NCBI GenBank assembly: GCA_963788195.1
Contig: CAWBGA010000017.1
Location: 608,001-672,000, forward strand
Source: Nitrospirota bacterium
Lineage (GTDB): Bacteria; Nitrospirota; Nitrospiria; Nitrospirales; NS-4
Direction of reading: 5' to 3'
DNA length: 64,000 bases
Position 1 is the stretch's first letter, and each line of letters starts with the position of its first letter. The notes under the pieces were generated by a model. The model ran no database searches and had not been told where the DNA came from. It worked only from the letters and a program-made list of their open reading frames with translations. This document shows positions 53,978-64,000 of this stretch, one piece after another. The translations under genes were made by a program, and so were the position numbers.

Positions 53978-54382
53978 ATGCCCTACTGGAGGGACGCTAT
54001 GGTCACGATCAGAGAGATTATGAGACACGATGTGGTCACGCTGCCGTACGGCTCATCCGTCGTCGACGCGGCCAAGACAATGCGGGAGAGAAAAATCGGG
54101 AGCATTCTCGTTCGCATGGATAAGCGCATCGTCGGGATTGTCACGGAGCCGGATATCGTCCGGGAAGTCGTGGGCGCAGACCGGACGCCGGGATCTATCT
54201 CGGTGCAGGACATTATGAGCTCTCCAATTATTACGATTGAAGAGCGCAGCCCGTTGACCGACGCCGCCGACTTGATGGAGCGCCATGGGACGCGCCACCT
54301 GGCGGTCACAAAGTCGGGCGAGATTGTCGGAATGCTCTCCGTGCGAGACCTGCTTCGTCCGGTGTCGATCGATGAATTCTAG
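53978..54382 (+). CDS. CBS-domain protein
   Basis: IGSILV..IVGIVTEPDI; RHLAV..IVGMLSVRDL. Confidence 0.85.
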   Translation: MPYWRDAMVTIREIMRHDVVTLPYGSSVVDAAKTMRERKIGSILVRMDKRIVGIVTEPDIVREVVGADRTPGSISVQDIMSSPIITIEERSPLTDAADLMERHGTRHLAVTKSGEIVGMLSVRDLLRPVSIDEF

Positions 54383-54971
54383 CGCAATACTCTACCCCGC
54401 CCACGCGCTGCACCTGATGGAAACACGAGAAGGCCATGGGACGCTTTTGCTGACCGAGTCCCTACACATACAATTCAGCGACGCCCGCGCGCGCATCCTT
54501 TGCCAAGAGATCGAGCGTGAAGAAAGACAGAATTCCGACGACACGCTACCGGTATCGCTGGTCAAAGTGTGTGAGGAGATCAAAGATCTGTTGCCGCTAC
54601 GCACACATTCCAAAGACTGGGAGGGATTTGCAGTCAAGCGCGTCATCAGAGGTGGAGGGCGCCAGATATTTGTCTGCGGAATCGGGTTGCCGGCCGGAGT
54701 GGCCGGTGAAGAGCCTGGGATCTTGTTAACCCTTGACTACATCGGCACTCGCGCCAGGCCACCCCTTCAACAAGCGATGGCCCAATTCAACCTCACCCGC
54801 CGGGAGGGTATGGTAATCGAGAATCTACTAAAGGGGCGAACTAATAAGGAGATCGCGAACGAGCTGAATATTTCTGCGCAGACGGCAAAAGAACACGTGA
54901 AACACATCATGGAAAAAACAAAGACCACGACGCGCACCGCCATTCTTTCAGCCTTGACCGGCCTTGACTGA
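54372..54971 (+). CDS. LuxR-type HTH transcriptional regulator
   Basis: LTRRE..GRTNKEIANELNIS.QT.K.HVK.IM.K. Confidence 0.8.
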   Translation: MNSSAILYPAHALHLMETREGHGTLLLTESLHIQFSDARARILCQEIEREERQNSDDTLPVSLVKVCEEIKDLLPLRTHSKDWEGFAVKRVIRGGGRQIFVCGIGLPAGVAGEEPGILLTLDYIGTRARPPLQQAMAQFNLTRREGMVIENLLKGRTNKEIANELNISAQTAKEHVKHIMEKTKTTTRTAILSALTGLD

Positions 54972-55104
54972 CGCTTGACCCCCTGCCTGCCTCAAGATTT
55001 ATCGATCTCGGTCACTGCATTCGACTTGCCTTGATTTTTCTTCCACGCGACAGTTAGGCTTACGCCGCCGTCACGTCGCGTTCGCGCAACTGGGCTTAGA
55101 CTCC

Positions 55105-55923
55105 ATGAAACAACATCGCATTCGCCCGGGCTCCAGGGTGAAGCTCTCCGACATCGATCCTGACGACACCGGAGACTATCCTCCGGACGACAAGGGCAGG
55201 GCCGCGGCCGAGGAGGACCTCAAGGGGCTGTTGGATAAGCTCAGGAAGCTACAGGAGCGGCTGTATGCGCATTCGACGCAAGCGATCCTGATCGTCTTGC
55301 AAGCCATGGATACCGGCGGGAAGGATGGCACAATCAAGCGTGTGATGAGCGGTGTGGACCCGCTGGGTTGCCGGGCGACATCCTTCAAGGTCCCGACCGC
55401 GATCGAGCTCGCCCATGATTTTTTGTGGCGCGTGCACCACGAAGTACCGCGAACTGGACACATCGGGATTTTCAATCGCTCGCACTACGAAGATGTTCTG
55501 GTGACCCGCGTGCATGGGCACATCACCGACAAAGAGGCCGAGCAGCGGTTCTTGCACATCAATAACTTTGAACGACTGCTGGCGCAGAGCGGCACCACCG
55601 TGGTCAAATTCTTTCTGCATATTTCGAAGGACGAGCAGCGAAAGCGCCTCGAGGCAAGGCTCCGCGATCCTGAGAAACAATGGAAGTTCAATCCCAGTGA
55701 TCTGGAGGAGCGCAAACTCTGGTCAAAATACCTGGCTGTGTATGAAACCACCATTGCGGCGACGACTACTGACTACGCCCCCTGGTACGTCGTGCCCGCC
55801 AACCGCAAGTGGTACCGGAACCTTGTGGTGGCGAGCACCGTTGTGACCGCGCTGGAAAACATGAAGATCAAACGCGTGCCGCTCCAGGCAGGGATAGACC
55901 CGTCGAAGATCAAGATCCCGTAA
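55105..55923 (+). CDS. ppk2: Polyphosphate kinase 2 family (class III-like)
   Basis: LQAMDTGGKDGTI, FKVPT..E..HDFLWR, FNRSHYEDVL, PWYVVPANRKWYRN. Confidence 0.9.
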   Translation: MKQHRIRPGSRVKLSDIDPDDTGDYPPDDKGRAAAEEDLKGLLDKLRKLQERLYAHSTQAILIVLQAMDTGGKDGTIKRVMSGVDPLGCRATSFKVPTAIELAHDFLWRVHHEVPRTGHIGIFNRSHYEDVLVTRVHGHITDKEAEQRFLHINNFERLLAQSGTTVVKFFLHISKDEQRKRLEARLRDPEKQWKFNPSDLEERKLWSKYLAVYETTIAATTTDYAPWYVVPANRKWYRNLVVASTVVTALENMKIKRVPLQAGIDPSKIKIP

Positions 55924-55932
55924 AGGAGGGTT

Positions 55933-56814
55933 ATGAATAAATCACTCGTGGCTATTCAACGCATGCTGGAGTCCATACCGGGATTGCGCGTGACACGGCG
56001 CGGCTTCGTGCTGACCGCCCTCACCACAGGGTTTGCCCTGGCGGTTCGACCCGTCTCCGCCGAAACTGTGACAACGGACACCAAGGCATTGACCGCGGGT
56101 GAAGTGAAGATCCCGACGAGCGATGGCGCCATTCCTGCCTACCGTGCCATGCCGTCCGAAGGCGGGCCATTCGCAGTGGTGCTGGTTGTCCAGGAGATCT
56201 TTGGTGTCCACGAACACATCAAGGACGTCTGCCGGCGGCTTGCCAAACTCGGATATCTGGCGGTGGCGCCCGAGCTGTATGCGCGACAGGGCGATGTGTC
56301 CAAGCTGTCGGACAACACCGAAATCATGTCGAAGGTCGTCTCCAAAGTCCCGGATTCTCAAGTCATGGCGGATCTGGACGCCACGGCCGTTTGGGCAAAG
56401 GACTCGGGCTCAGGAAATGTTCAGAAACTGGGCATCACAGGTTTCTGCTGGGGCGGGCGCATTGTCTGGCTCTACGCGGCTCACAGCGCCCAGCTCAAAG
56501 CCGGCGTTGCATGGTACGGGCGGCTGGCGGGTCCCACTTCGGAAACGCAGCCGAAGCATCCTATTGACGTTGTCAGCGCTCTGAAGGCGCCGGTCCTGGG
56601 ATTGTACGGGGGTAACGATCAGGGCATACCCCTTGAGACTATCGAGAAAATGAAACAAGCATTGACGGCCGCCGGTAAACCTTCCGAAATCATTGTCTAC
56701 CCCGACACGCCCCATGGTTTTCATGCCGACTACCGCCCGAGCTATCGCAAAGAACAGGCGAACGACGGCTGGCAACGCCTGCAGGCGTGGTTCAAGCAGC
56801 ACGGAGTGGCGTAG
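55933..56814 (+). CDS. Dienelactone hydrolase family protein with Tat-like signal
   Basis: TRRGFV; QEIFG; GFCWGG; HGF. Confidence 0.9.
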   Translation: MNKSLVAIQRMLESIPGLRVTRRGFVLTALTTGFALAVRPVSAETVTTDTKALTAGEVKIPTSDGAIPAYRAMPSEGGPFAVVLVVQEIFGVHEHIKDVCRRLAKLGYLAVAPELYARQGDVSKLSDNTEIMSKVVSKVPDSQVMADLDATAVWAKDSGSGNVQKLGITGFCWGGRIVWLYAAHSAQLKAGVAWYGRLAGPTSETQPKHPIDVVSALKAPVLGLYGGNDQGIPLETIEKMKQALTAAGKPSEIIVYPDTPHGFHADYRPSYRKEQANDGWQRLQAWFKQHGVA

Positions 56815-56975
56815 CCAGCGGTATCTTTTTCCGCCGAACCCGTATCCGCGGCGATAACTCGCAGATCTTCCCACAGCTGTCTCTTTTGACCACTTCCACC
56901 TAAGAAAAGAGCATTTCTGTTCGGCAAATCAATCCCTTACAAGCGCAGGTCGCTACCAAGGCGGCCTCCAAGCAA

Positions 56976-56992
56976 AAGGCATAGGCTTTGCG
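56976..56992 (+). promoter_or_regulatory. Possible sigma-54 -24/-12 promoter
   Basis: AGGCATAGGCTTTGC (GG-N10-GC) about 45 bp before a start codon. Confidence 0.45.
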
Positions 56993-57037
56993 ATTTATAC
57001 AGGTCAGGACAGGAAAACAAGCTCGGGGAGGCCCAAA

Positions 57038-57412
57038 ATGAAACGGCTGACCGTGAGACTCACAGCAGTGGTAGTGATGATTAGTTCGATCTGCCTCCTG
57101 GCGTTCTCTACTGCTCAGGCGGCGCCAGATTACATCTGGTGCAATAAGATGTCAGACTTGCTGCAAAGTTACCAAGCCAGTAACCCCGCTTCCGATTTCG
57201 AGCCCTACTTCCAAAAACAGGCCGGCTTACGGGAGGCAACTGCCCGCGGAGATAAAGCCGCGTTACGGGCAGGGATTACAGATGTGATAAGGATGGTGGG
57301 TCGGTCGGATATGGACCATGATGCCGCGGTTGAGCTTGTCAACTACCTTTACGTCTGGCGCTCGACAGTCACGGCGCCCGGCAAATATACAGAATATGCG
57401 CGCTCAAAATGA
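57038..57412 (+). CDS. Secreted hypothetical protein
   Basis: GGAGG RBS; signal peptide ending AQA. Confidence 0.7.
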   Translation: MKRLTVRLTAVVVMISSICLLAFSTAQAAPDYIWCNKMSDLLQSYQASNPASDFEPYFQKQAGLREATARGDKAALRAGITDVIRMVGRSDMDHDAAVELVNYLYVWRSTVTAPGKYTEYARSK

Positions 57413-57454
57413 AGAGCGTGTCTGCTACCATCGGGTTGCTAGATAGGGGCTACC

Positions 57455-57673
57455 CTACCTTGGCGTAAGGTCCCCGGCGGCAATTGCCTGATACTCGAAG
57501 CCCGCACGGCTGAGAATGATCTCCCCACTTCGGCTTAAGGCATCCACGGTGAGGAAGACTTGGTTCCAGCTTAACTCGGGTATCTTTGCGATGATTTCCT
57601 CAAAGGTCAAGGGGACAGAACTCGATCGAAGCACATCCAGGACCAATCTGTCTGCTGTGCGCGAAAAATCCAT
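57455..57673 (-). CDS. Small winged-helix-like hypothetical protein
   Basis: GGAGG RBS; PELSWNQVFLTVDALSRSGEI. Confidence 0.6.
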   Translation of the reverse strand: MDFSRTADRLVLDVLRSSSVPLTFEEIIAKIPELSWNQVFLTVDALSRSGEIILSRAGFEYQAIAAGDLTPR

Positions 57674-57708
57674 AGGACCTCCTTTGCTTTGTACCCGGCA
57701 CGACATGA

Positions 57709-58191
57709 CTACACCGGATCAGACTTGGCCGGCGACCACCGCACCGCCAAAATGCGCATGCCGCCAAGGACGAGTAAAATCCCCCCAAGAGCGGCCAAGC
57801 GAATGAGATCGCCGTCCTTGAACCATTGCGATATGACCTCGGTTAACATGACGACCAGGATGGTATCGACGATGAATGTCACCTTGACACGGCCTTCAGT
57901 CAGATAGGCGAGGCAGGTTTTGAACACTTCGACAAGGGCCAGAAGCAACAGAGACGTGACGATGGCCTGCCGAAGCACCTGCTCGACAGGAACATGAAAA
58001 ACGGACCATAGGTCGACAAAGGCTTTCAGGACTCCGACCAGAAGAATTGCAAGGATCGTCACAATAAGAAGATTCAGAATCACCTTCATCCCCTTGATCC
58101 AGTATCGTGTGACGTCCACCTCGACGACCTCGCTCGGAACTCTGGTGTTGGACTGAGGCAGAGCACTCATGCGGAGGGCGGTTTGATCCAT
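57709..58191 (-). CDS. PsiE-family phosphate-starvation-inducible membrane protein
   Basis: Four hydrophobic segments; LVEVFKT..Y..EGRVKV.FIVD. Confidence 0.75.
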   Translation of the reverse strand: MDQTALRMSALPQSNTRVPSEVVEVDVTRYWIKGMKVILNLLIVTILAILLVGVLKAFVDLWSVFHVPVEQVLRQAIVTSLLLLALVEVFKTCLAYLTEGRVKVTFIVDTILVVMLTEVISQWFKDGDLIRLAALGGILLVLGGMRILAVRWSPAKSDPV

Positions 58192-58193
58192 TC

Positions 58194-58931
58194 CTAGGCC
58201 CTCTCAGCCAGCGGGAGGTGCTTTAATGTATATCCGATCCCCCTCAGAGTCTGGAGGTAGCGTGGTCGCGACGGATCGGTCTCAATCTTTTTGCGGATCG
58301 TATGGATATGGACATCGAGATTGTGCTCGAGCACAAAACAATCCTCCCCCCAGAGGAAAGTCAGGAGTTGGTCGCGCGAAAACACGCGGCCAGGCTCCTG
58401 CGCAAGCCTGTGGAGGATGGTAAATTCCATCATGGTCAGGTGCACGGGGGTCTCGGCCATCGTGACCCTATGGCGATCGGAGTCAATCTCAAGATCGCCG
58501 ATTCGCTGCACATTTCCGCTGTCCTGGGGCAGGGATCGCAGTCGTCTCAGGACAGCGCGAACCCTCGCCATCAACTCTCGCGTACTAAAAGGCTTCGCGA
58601 CATAATCGTCTGCCCCAAGATCCAGTCCGGCCACCCGTTCCTGCTCTTCGACTCGCGCAGAGACCATAATGATCGGAATGCGGCGAGTGGTCGGGTTGGC
58701 GCGGAGCCGCCGGCACACCTCCCATCCATCCATACCGGGGAGCATGAGATCCAAGAGGATGAGGGAGGGCAGCAGTCGTTGGGCTTCCCGAAGGCCGGCC
58801 ACCCCGTCATGCGCCATGACCGGCACGAAATGCTCCATGGTGAGCGCCATGCTCAACAGCCGGGAAATGTCAGGGTCGTCTTCAATCACGAGAATATTAT
58901 CCACTATGGCCTCACATCTAGGTTTCTTCAC
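58194..58931 (-). CDS. OmpR/PhoB-family response regulator (no adjacent kinase)
   Basis: ILVIEDD, LDLMLPG, KPFS, DVHIHTIRKKIE, TLRGIGY. Confidence 0.9.
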   Translation of the reverse strand: MKKPRCEAIVDNILVIEDDPDISRLLSMALTMEHFVPVMAHDGVAGLREAQRLLPSLILLDLMLPGMDGWEVCRRLRANPTTRRIPIIMVSARVEEQERVAGLDLGADDYVAKPFSTRELMARVRAVLRRLRSLPQDSGNVQRIGDLEIDSDRHRVTMAETPVHLTMMEFTILHRLAQEPGRVFSRDQLLTFLWGEDCFVLEHNLDVHIHTIRKKIETDPSRPRYLQTLRGIGYTLKHLPLAERA

Positions 58932-59241
58932 TTGATGGTAGCCGAGGTTTATTCCGTCTCGTTCAACTCTGTGTTAACTTTCTGTAAAGCCTCAAAGATT
59001 CCCCACACGGGGAAAAGCGGCGCAAAGACGTTGATTAAGTCGCTTGCACGGGACGGATTTAGGGTTTTGGCAGGACTTCGATTGTCCCAACGGCTTGAGA
59101 AGAGTCTGCAGATGTGATATGCTTTATATGAGCCACGTTGACTATTCTTCGCGCTTCTTCCTTTCCTCATCCCGCGCGATTGATTCCGTAGCCTTCGCTG
59201 CTCGGGCATGCCCCCAACCTCGGTCGCCGCGGAGGTAACTG

Positions 59242-59523
59242 GTGAAAAAAGGACTGTTAAACATCGTCGGGCTTTCCAATGAGTTCGACGTCACCAAGGG
59301 CTTCCTGGTTCATCTGCTCCGATTCGGCGTACGCACGCCCCACATCTGCGTATCAGAATACGACCTCGCCAACTGCCTCACCGACCTGGGTGTTCTTAAA
59401 CCTGAAGTGAAGCGTTTGGTCGACACCGCAAAGGAATCCGGCGAGGCAAAGACCGCGGAAATTTTGTTCTCAAAGCGGCAGATCCACAAATACTGGTCCG
59501 GCCCGATTCGTCGTCCGGTTTAG
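59242..59523 (+). CDS. Hypothetical protein
   Basis: GGAGG RBS, GTG start, 93 aa. Confidence 0.55.
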   Translation: MKKGLLNIVGLSNEFDVTKGFLVHLLRFGVRTPHICVSEYDLANCLTDLGVLKPEVKRLVDTAKESGEAKTAEILFSKRQIHKYWSGPIRRPV

Positions 59524-59561
59524 ATGGATAAAATCAGCCGACTGCTAAACAGGAGAATTCT

Positions 59562-59735
59562 ATGATGCCCGAAGAAAAAATTGCGAAGATGACGAAAGCG
59601 ATCAATGAGGCGATCAAGGTGATGGGTGACCGGTTCGGATCGACCGAGGGCGATGTCACAAAAGCCATCCAGTCGTTGAAGGAATCTATGAAGACCGAAG
59701 CTCCGATTCCTGTTCCTGCCCTTCCAAAGGCTTAG
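59562..59735 (+). CDS. 57-aa hypothetical protein (below ORF-track cutoff)
   Basis: AGGAG RBS; MMPEEKIAKM...PALPKA. Confidence 0.5.
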   Translation: MMPEEKIAKMTKAINEAIKVMGDRFGSTEGDVTKAIQSLKESMKTEAPIPVPALPKA

Positions 59736-59747
59736 AACACGGATCTC

Positions 59748-61433
59748 TTATCTCTTTATTTCGAGGACTCGCCCGTCGTCGACCCGGACCGTTACTGAAT
59801 CACCAGAGCCGATGTTGCTGTCTTTATTGGTATGGATATCAGCGGTGACTGCATATTCTTTCCCTCTTATCCTCAGGTTATAGGTAAAGCCGGCTACTCT
59901 GACCACTTCAGCCTCTACAGCTGCTCCACCTGTTGAAAAGGGTGGAGTATCATTCGTAACGCGCACGCTCACCCTCTTTGTGACTGTGGGTCCTTTTTCG
60001 GGCGTGGCGGATAACGTGTATGTCGTCGTAGACTTTGGTGTGACCTGAATTGACCCTACAAACGGCAGGCTCTTTTCACCCTCGCCGTCCGCTTTGAACT
60101 TGACCTCCTTGGCATTCTCCACCTTCCATATTAACTGAGTCGCCTGTCCCTGCTGAATGGAGTCGGCCTGGGCACTAAAAGTGATGCTCGGGATAGTCTC
60201 AGCCGGCAGCCTAGTATCACCGTCGAGGACCGCTGAAACCGATGCGACCCGGATGTTAACGATCCTGGTGATCGGTGGGCCGGTAGGCGGATAACCGGTC
60301 AACCTATACCTGGTTGTAGCAGTAGGGCTGACCTTCACCTCTCCCATAGGCGGTACTATTTTAGGTGCCTGGTTACCCTGTCTCAGTTCCACATCTTTGA
60401 CAGTGCCGGTATCCCACGAGAGCATCGTGTCCTCGCCCGGCCGTATTGTGGTTCGAGTCGCCTTGAAGCTCAGCTGAGCTTTGGAATCGGACAGGCCGGC
60501 CGCGGGTATCACTTTCAGAGTCAAGGACTCGACCTTCTCTCCATCTTCGTTATGTGCGACCAGCGTGTACGTTTGCGTCGCGTCTGCTTTTACCTCTTGG
60601 CGTCCTGATAAACCCACTTTACCGTGATTGAGCCTGACCTCCGTAGCGCCCGATGTTTCCCAGTGCAGGACGGCGATTTCATTTTTTGCGACTTGCTGCG
60701 GTTCAACCCGGAATTTCACCGTTGGTGCGGGCGCGGGTATTACAGCCACAATGATATCTTTGCGACTTGCGCCATATTTGTTTTTGGCGGTTAATTCGTA
60801 AGAATAGGGCCGCGTTTCTGTAGGAGTCATATCGGTTGATCCTGATAACGCAACCTTCACTCCGTTCAGTGTCACCAATGTTGCCTCGCCGGTTTCCCAC
60901 GTTAGTTTTACTTTTTCGCCACGTTTTACGTTCGATGAACTCGCCGAGAATGTTTTAATGGTGGGCCGCGAACATGTGCTCACACTTACGCTGATCATTA
61001 CGAGGAGGACAATTCCTGCGAGGATTTTTGCCCAGTGTTTCTTGAGTACGTCTGCAAGCTTGTCGGTGCCACCGGATATCGGGGAATATAATGGCCCTGG
61101 TATCGGCGGATTCGGGTTTTTATCGCGCCTCCGGGGTTGAGGTGACGAAAGTACGGGCTTCTCCAGTCGCATGATGATGGTTAAATTGATGATGTCACTG
61201 TGTATGGGGCGTTGAACGACAGCAGTCTCAAACTTCTCTTTTTCTACCGTACAGGTGAGCGTCTCACCGGCGAAGTTGGCATCTTCTCGGTGCTCGAACC
61301 GGCCGACGTTGTTCGTCGACATGGCAAACTCTCGATCCCCTATTGCGAGGATGACCTTGGCCCCCACAATAGGACCTTTTCGCCTCGCCTCTGTCACTGT
61401 GCCTCGGATGTTCATTTCAAACCACGATATCAC
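59748..61433 (-). CDS. Membrane-anchored protein with four Ig-like repeats
   Basis: Central TM; four units of F......G....L.W.....V.......P..T..Y.L.A. Confidence 0.7.
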   Translation of the reverse strand: MISWFEMNIRGTVTEARRKGPIVGAKVILAIGDREFAMSTNNVGRFEHREDANFAGETLTCTVEKEKFETAVVQRPIHSDIINLTIIMRLEKPVLSSPQPRRRDKNPNPPIPGPLYSPISGGTDKLADVLKKHWAKILAGIVLLVMISVSVSTCSRPTIKTFSASSSNVKRGEKVKLTWETGEATLVTLNGVKVALSGSTDMTPTETRPYSYELTAKNKYGASRKDIIVAVIPAPAPTVKFRVEPQQVAKNEIAVLHWETSGATEVRLNHGKVGLSGRQEVKADATQTYTLVAHNEDGEKVESLTLKVIPAAGLSDSKAQLSFKATRTTIRPGEDTMLSWDTGTVKDVELRQGNQAPKIVPPMGEVKVSPTATTRYRLTGYPPTGPPITRIVNIRVASVSAVLDGDTRLPAETIPSITFSAQADSIQQGQATQLIWKVENAKEVKFKADGEGEKSLPFVGSIQVTPKSTTTYTLSATPEKGPTVTKRVSVRVTNDTPPFSTGGAAVEAEVVRVAGFTYNLRIRGKEYAVTADIHTNKDSNIGSGDSVTVRVDDGRVLEIKR

Positions 61434-61523
61434 GTCTGGTAGGTAAAATCCCTATATGTTTATGCAATTAATGGCGGAACTGTCGGAAGCGTTACAAGCG
61501 GGATTAGTAGTACAGGCCTGGCT

Positions 61524-62942
61524 TTATTTGCTGACCGGAACGGATTTGCCCAGAACCATATGATCAGGCGACCATCCACCGCCGAGCGCTCTATAGAGCT
61601 GGACGATCGAGACGAGATGCAGCCGGCGAGTCGCCGCGAGTGACAGTTCGGCGTTGAAAAGACCTTGCTTAGCGGTGAGGACATCGAGATAGTTGGAGAC
61701 GCCGCCCTTGTAACGGAGTTCGGCAAGGTGCAGGGCTGACCGCAGTGCGGCGACCTGAGCTTCTTGTGCTTGCGCCTGTTGGCGGGCCGTACGAACCGCC
61801 ACAAGGGCGTCCTCGACCTCCCTGAAAGCAACAATCACGGTCTTCTCGTATTGAGCGAGGACTTGCCTGGTCTGCGCTTCGACCGCACGCTGTTCGTAGC
61901 CGAGGATCTGAGCGTTGAAGAGAGGACCTGTCAGGCCGAAGCCAGCGGCACCGAAATCGGAGCCTGAGGTAAAAAGATTCGAGAGATGAGGACTCGCCAC
62001 ACCCAGGAGCCCGGTGAGGGTAATCTGTGGGAACCGGTTGGCTTTGGCGACCCCGATCCTGGCCGTCGCCGCGGCCAGTTGCTGCTCAGCCTGTAGAATG
62101 TCCGGGCGCCGCTGCAGCAGTTCCGAGGGCAGACCCGCCGGCACCTCGGAAGGCATAACCTGCTCGGTGAGCATTGGTCCCCGCGGGATTTGAGCAGGAT
62201 TCCGGCCAATGAGCACGCTCAGCTCATTCTCTTTTTGAATCATCTGACGCTCGAGTTCCGCCGAGCGGGCGGCGGCGTTTGCCCGTTCCGCCTCAAATTG
62301 GTCGGCGTCCAGCTTGGGAATCAGTCCCTGGCGTAGGCGCGCCTGGGCAATTTTCACCGACTCTTCCCACGATTGAAGCGTGCGCTTGGCGATATCAAAT
62401 TGCATATCGAATTGACGGAGATCGAAATAAGCCTGGGCCACGCCGCTCACGAGCGATAGGATCACGGCTCGTCGATTCTCTTCCTTTGCCATCAGGTCAC
62501 CGCGCGCTGCCTCATTCGACCGGCGGACACGGCCCCAGATATCCAGCTCCCAGTTGAGGTTTCCTTGGAGATAATAACTCGTCGGCGTGGGAAAACCGTC
62601 GACACTAAACGGTGTGTTCCGAACGACCGGGGCGTTAGCGCTCGCGGTGGCCTGCGGAAGATAGTCGATGCGCGCGGAGCCCAGTCGGGCTTGAAATTCA
62701 TCGACGGTTGCCACCGCCTGTTGGAGATCCTTGTTCTCCTCCAACGCGATGCGCACGAGGTTTTGGAGTTCGTCGTCACGGAGCAACTGCCACCAGGGTA
62801 GATTGGCGATCGACGCTCCCTCGGTTTCTGTCATTCTGAAAGAATCCGGCGCAGGAGTTTTCGGACGTTTATAGTCAGGCCCCATAGCGCAGGCTGTGAG
62901 CGTCAGCATCACGAGACCCAGACCAAGGTGCCGGGCGTGCAT
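61524..62942 (-). CDS. RND efflux outer-membrane lipoprotein (NodT/OprM family)
   Basis: LTACAMGPDY, WELDIWG, PSELLQRRPDI, LYRALGGGW. Confidence 0.92.
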   Translation of the reverse strand: MHARHLGLGLVMLTLTACAMGPDYKRPKTPAPDSFRMTETEGASIANLPWWQLLRDDELQNLVRIALEENKDLQQAVATVDEFQARLGSARIDYLPQATASANAPVVRNTPFSVDGFPTPTSYYLQGNLNWELDIWGRVRRSNEAARGDLMAKEENRRAVILSLVSGVAQAYFDLRQFDMQFDIAKRTLQSWEESVKIAQARLRQGLIPKLDADQFEAERANAAARSAELERQMIQKENELSVLIGRNPAQIPRGPMLTEQVMPSEVPAGLPSELLQRRPDILQAEQQLAAATARIGVAKANRFPQITLTGLLGVASPHLSNLFTSGSDFGAAGFGLTGPLFNAQILGYEQRAVEAQTRQVLAQYEKTVIVAFREVEDALVAVRTARQQAQAQEAQVAALRSALHLAELRYKGGVSNYLDVLTAKQGLFNAELSLAATRRLHLVSIVQLYRALGGGWSPDHMVLGKSVPVSK

Positions 62943-62943
62943 C

Positions 62944-64000
62944 TCAATGCCCTCCCTGGACGGCGGAGCCGGCCGGGACGGTCGCGACCGCAGGGCTTCT
63001 GCGCCACAACCGTTGCGTGATGGTGCCCATGAGCACAAAGAAAAGCGGTACGAAGAAAATTGCGAGGACCGTCGCGGAGAGCATTCCGCCGAAGACGCCC
63101 GTGCCAATGGAACGGCGGCTGGCCGCGCCCGCTCCCGAGGCAAGCACCAACGGGACGACACCTAAAATAAACGCCATGGAGGTCATGATAATGGGACGAA
63201 ACCGAAGCTTCGCGGCCTCGATCGCCGCGTCGCGAATCGGTACTCCGCTTTGATACCGATGATTCGCAAATTCCACGATCAGAATGGCGTTCTTGGCGGC
63301 AAGACCGATGAGCGTGACGAGGCCGATCTGGAAGTAGATGTCATTATCGATCCCGACAAGCCAGACCGCACACAACGCGCCGAAGACTCCAAAGGGGACC
63401 GCCAATATCACCGCAAAAGGGACCGACCAGCTTTCGTATTGAGCGGCGAGCACCAGGAATACCATGAGGAGGCCAAACGCAAAGGCGAGAACCGATTGAT
63501 TGCCGACTTGGCGCTCCTGGTAAGAAATGCCGCTCAAATCCAATGAATATCCCTTGGGGATTAAGACCTCCCGCGACGCGCGCTCCAACGCATTTAGTGC
63601 CTGTCCCGAGCTGTATCCCGGTTTCGATCCACCCAGCACCAGCGCGGTGTTTAATCCATTGAAATGCGTCACGGGATCAGGGCCGCTGGCATACTTCGTG
63701 GAGACGACTGTGTCCAATGGGACCATGGTGGTTGTCTGCCCGCTGGCGGCCCGCACGTAGATCTTCGAGACGTCTTCAGGACTGGAACGGTACTCAGGCT
63801 TTCCCTCGGTCTGCACTCGGTAAACGCGCCCGAACTTCACGAAGTCGTTGATATAGAGGTTACCGAAGAACGCCTGCATCGTTTCGAAGATGTCGGAGAT
63901 CGGAATGCCCAAAGACTTGGCTCGTTCCCGATCCACAGTGGCGTATAGCCGCGGCGACGACACACGAAAGTTCGTGCCCGCCGCACCGATCGCCGGGTCC
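62944..64000 (-). CDS. RND efflux permease (AcrB/BepE family), C-terminal part
   Basis: LAAQYESW, GLAAKNAILIVEFA, RFRPIIMTS. Confidence 0.93.
   Translation of the reverse strand, partial: DPAIGAAGTNFRVSSPRLYATVDRERAKSLGIPISDIFETMQAFFGNLYINDFVKFGRVYRVQTEGKPEYRSSPEDVSKIYVRAASGQTTTMVPLDTVVSTKYASGPDPVTHFNGLNTALVLGGSKPGYSSGQALNALERASREVLIPKGYSLDLSGISYQERQVGNQSVLAFAFGLLMVFLVLAAQYESWSVPFAVILAVPFGVFGALCAVWLVGIDNDIYFQIGLVTLIGLAAKNAILIVEFANHRYQSGVPIRDAAIEAAKLRFRPIIMTSMAFILGVVPLVLASGAGAASRRSIGTGVFGGMLSATVLAIFFVPLFFVLMGTITQRLWRRSPAVATVPAGSAVQGGH

Overview
Bacterial, GC-rich window. It is Nitrospirota-like judging by its small secreted paralogs and CBS proteins, but this assignment is tentative. There are three zones. 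(1) About 0.5-27.7 kb is a mostly minus-strand array of self-contained cassettes: 11 apparently intact type II toxin-antitoxin pairs, several TA relics that lost the toxin, a TM0106 nuclease-helicase, Fic, two ORF6N genes and an EEP nuclease. The cassettes are punctuated by a 27-bp covarying hairpin repeat (AGAYCCTTCG-N4-GCTCAGGRTGACA), which also brackets a small GIY-YIG nuclease gene in inverted orientation. An IS110 element sits exactly in one repeat copy, and its non-coding end carries bridge-RNA-like guides matching that repeat. (2) About 24.7-35 kb, overlapping the end of zone 1, holds secreted, repeat and signalling proteins. (3) About 35-59 kb is a large phosphate/polyphosphate cluster: phoR-phoB, sixA, a thymidylate-kinase-like pair, ppx, phoU, pstBACS, two porin/lipoprotein modules, ppk2, a psiE-like gene and a second OmpR regulator, with 11-bp periodic Pho-box-like sites. 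The 3' end of an RND efflux operon follows. Many conserved genes carry single frameshifts, probably assembly indel errors. All family calls come from motif recognition, not database searches.
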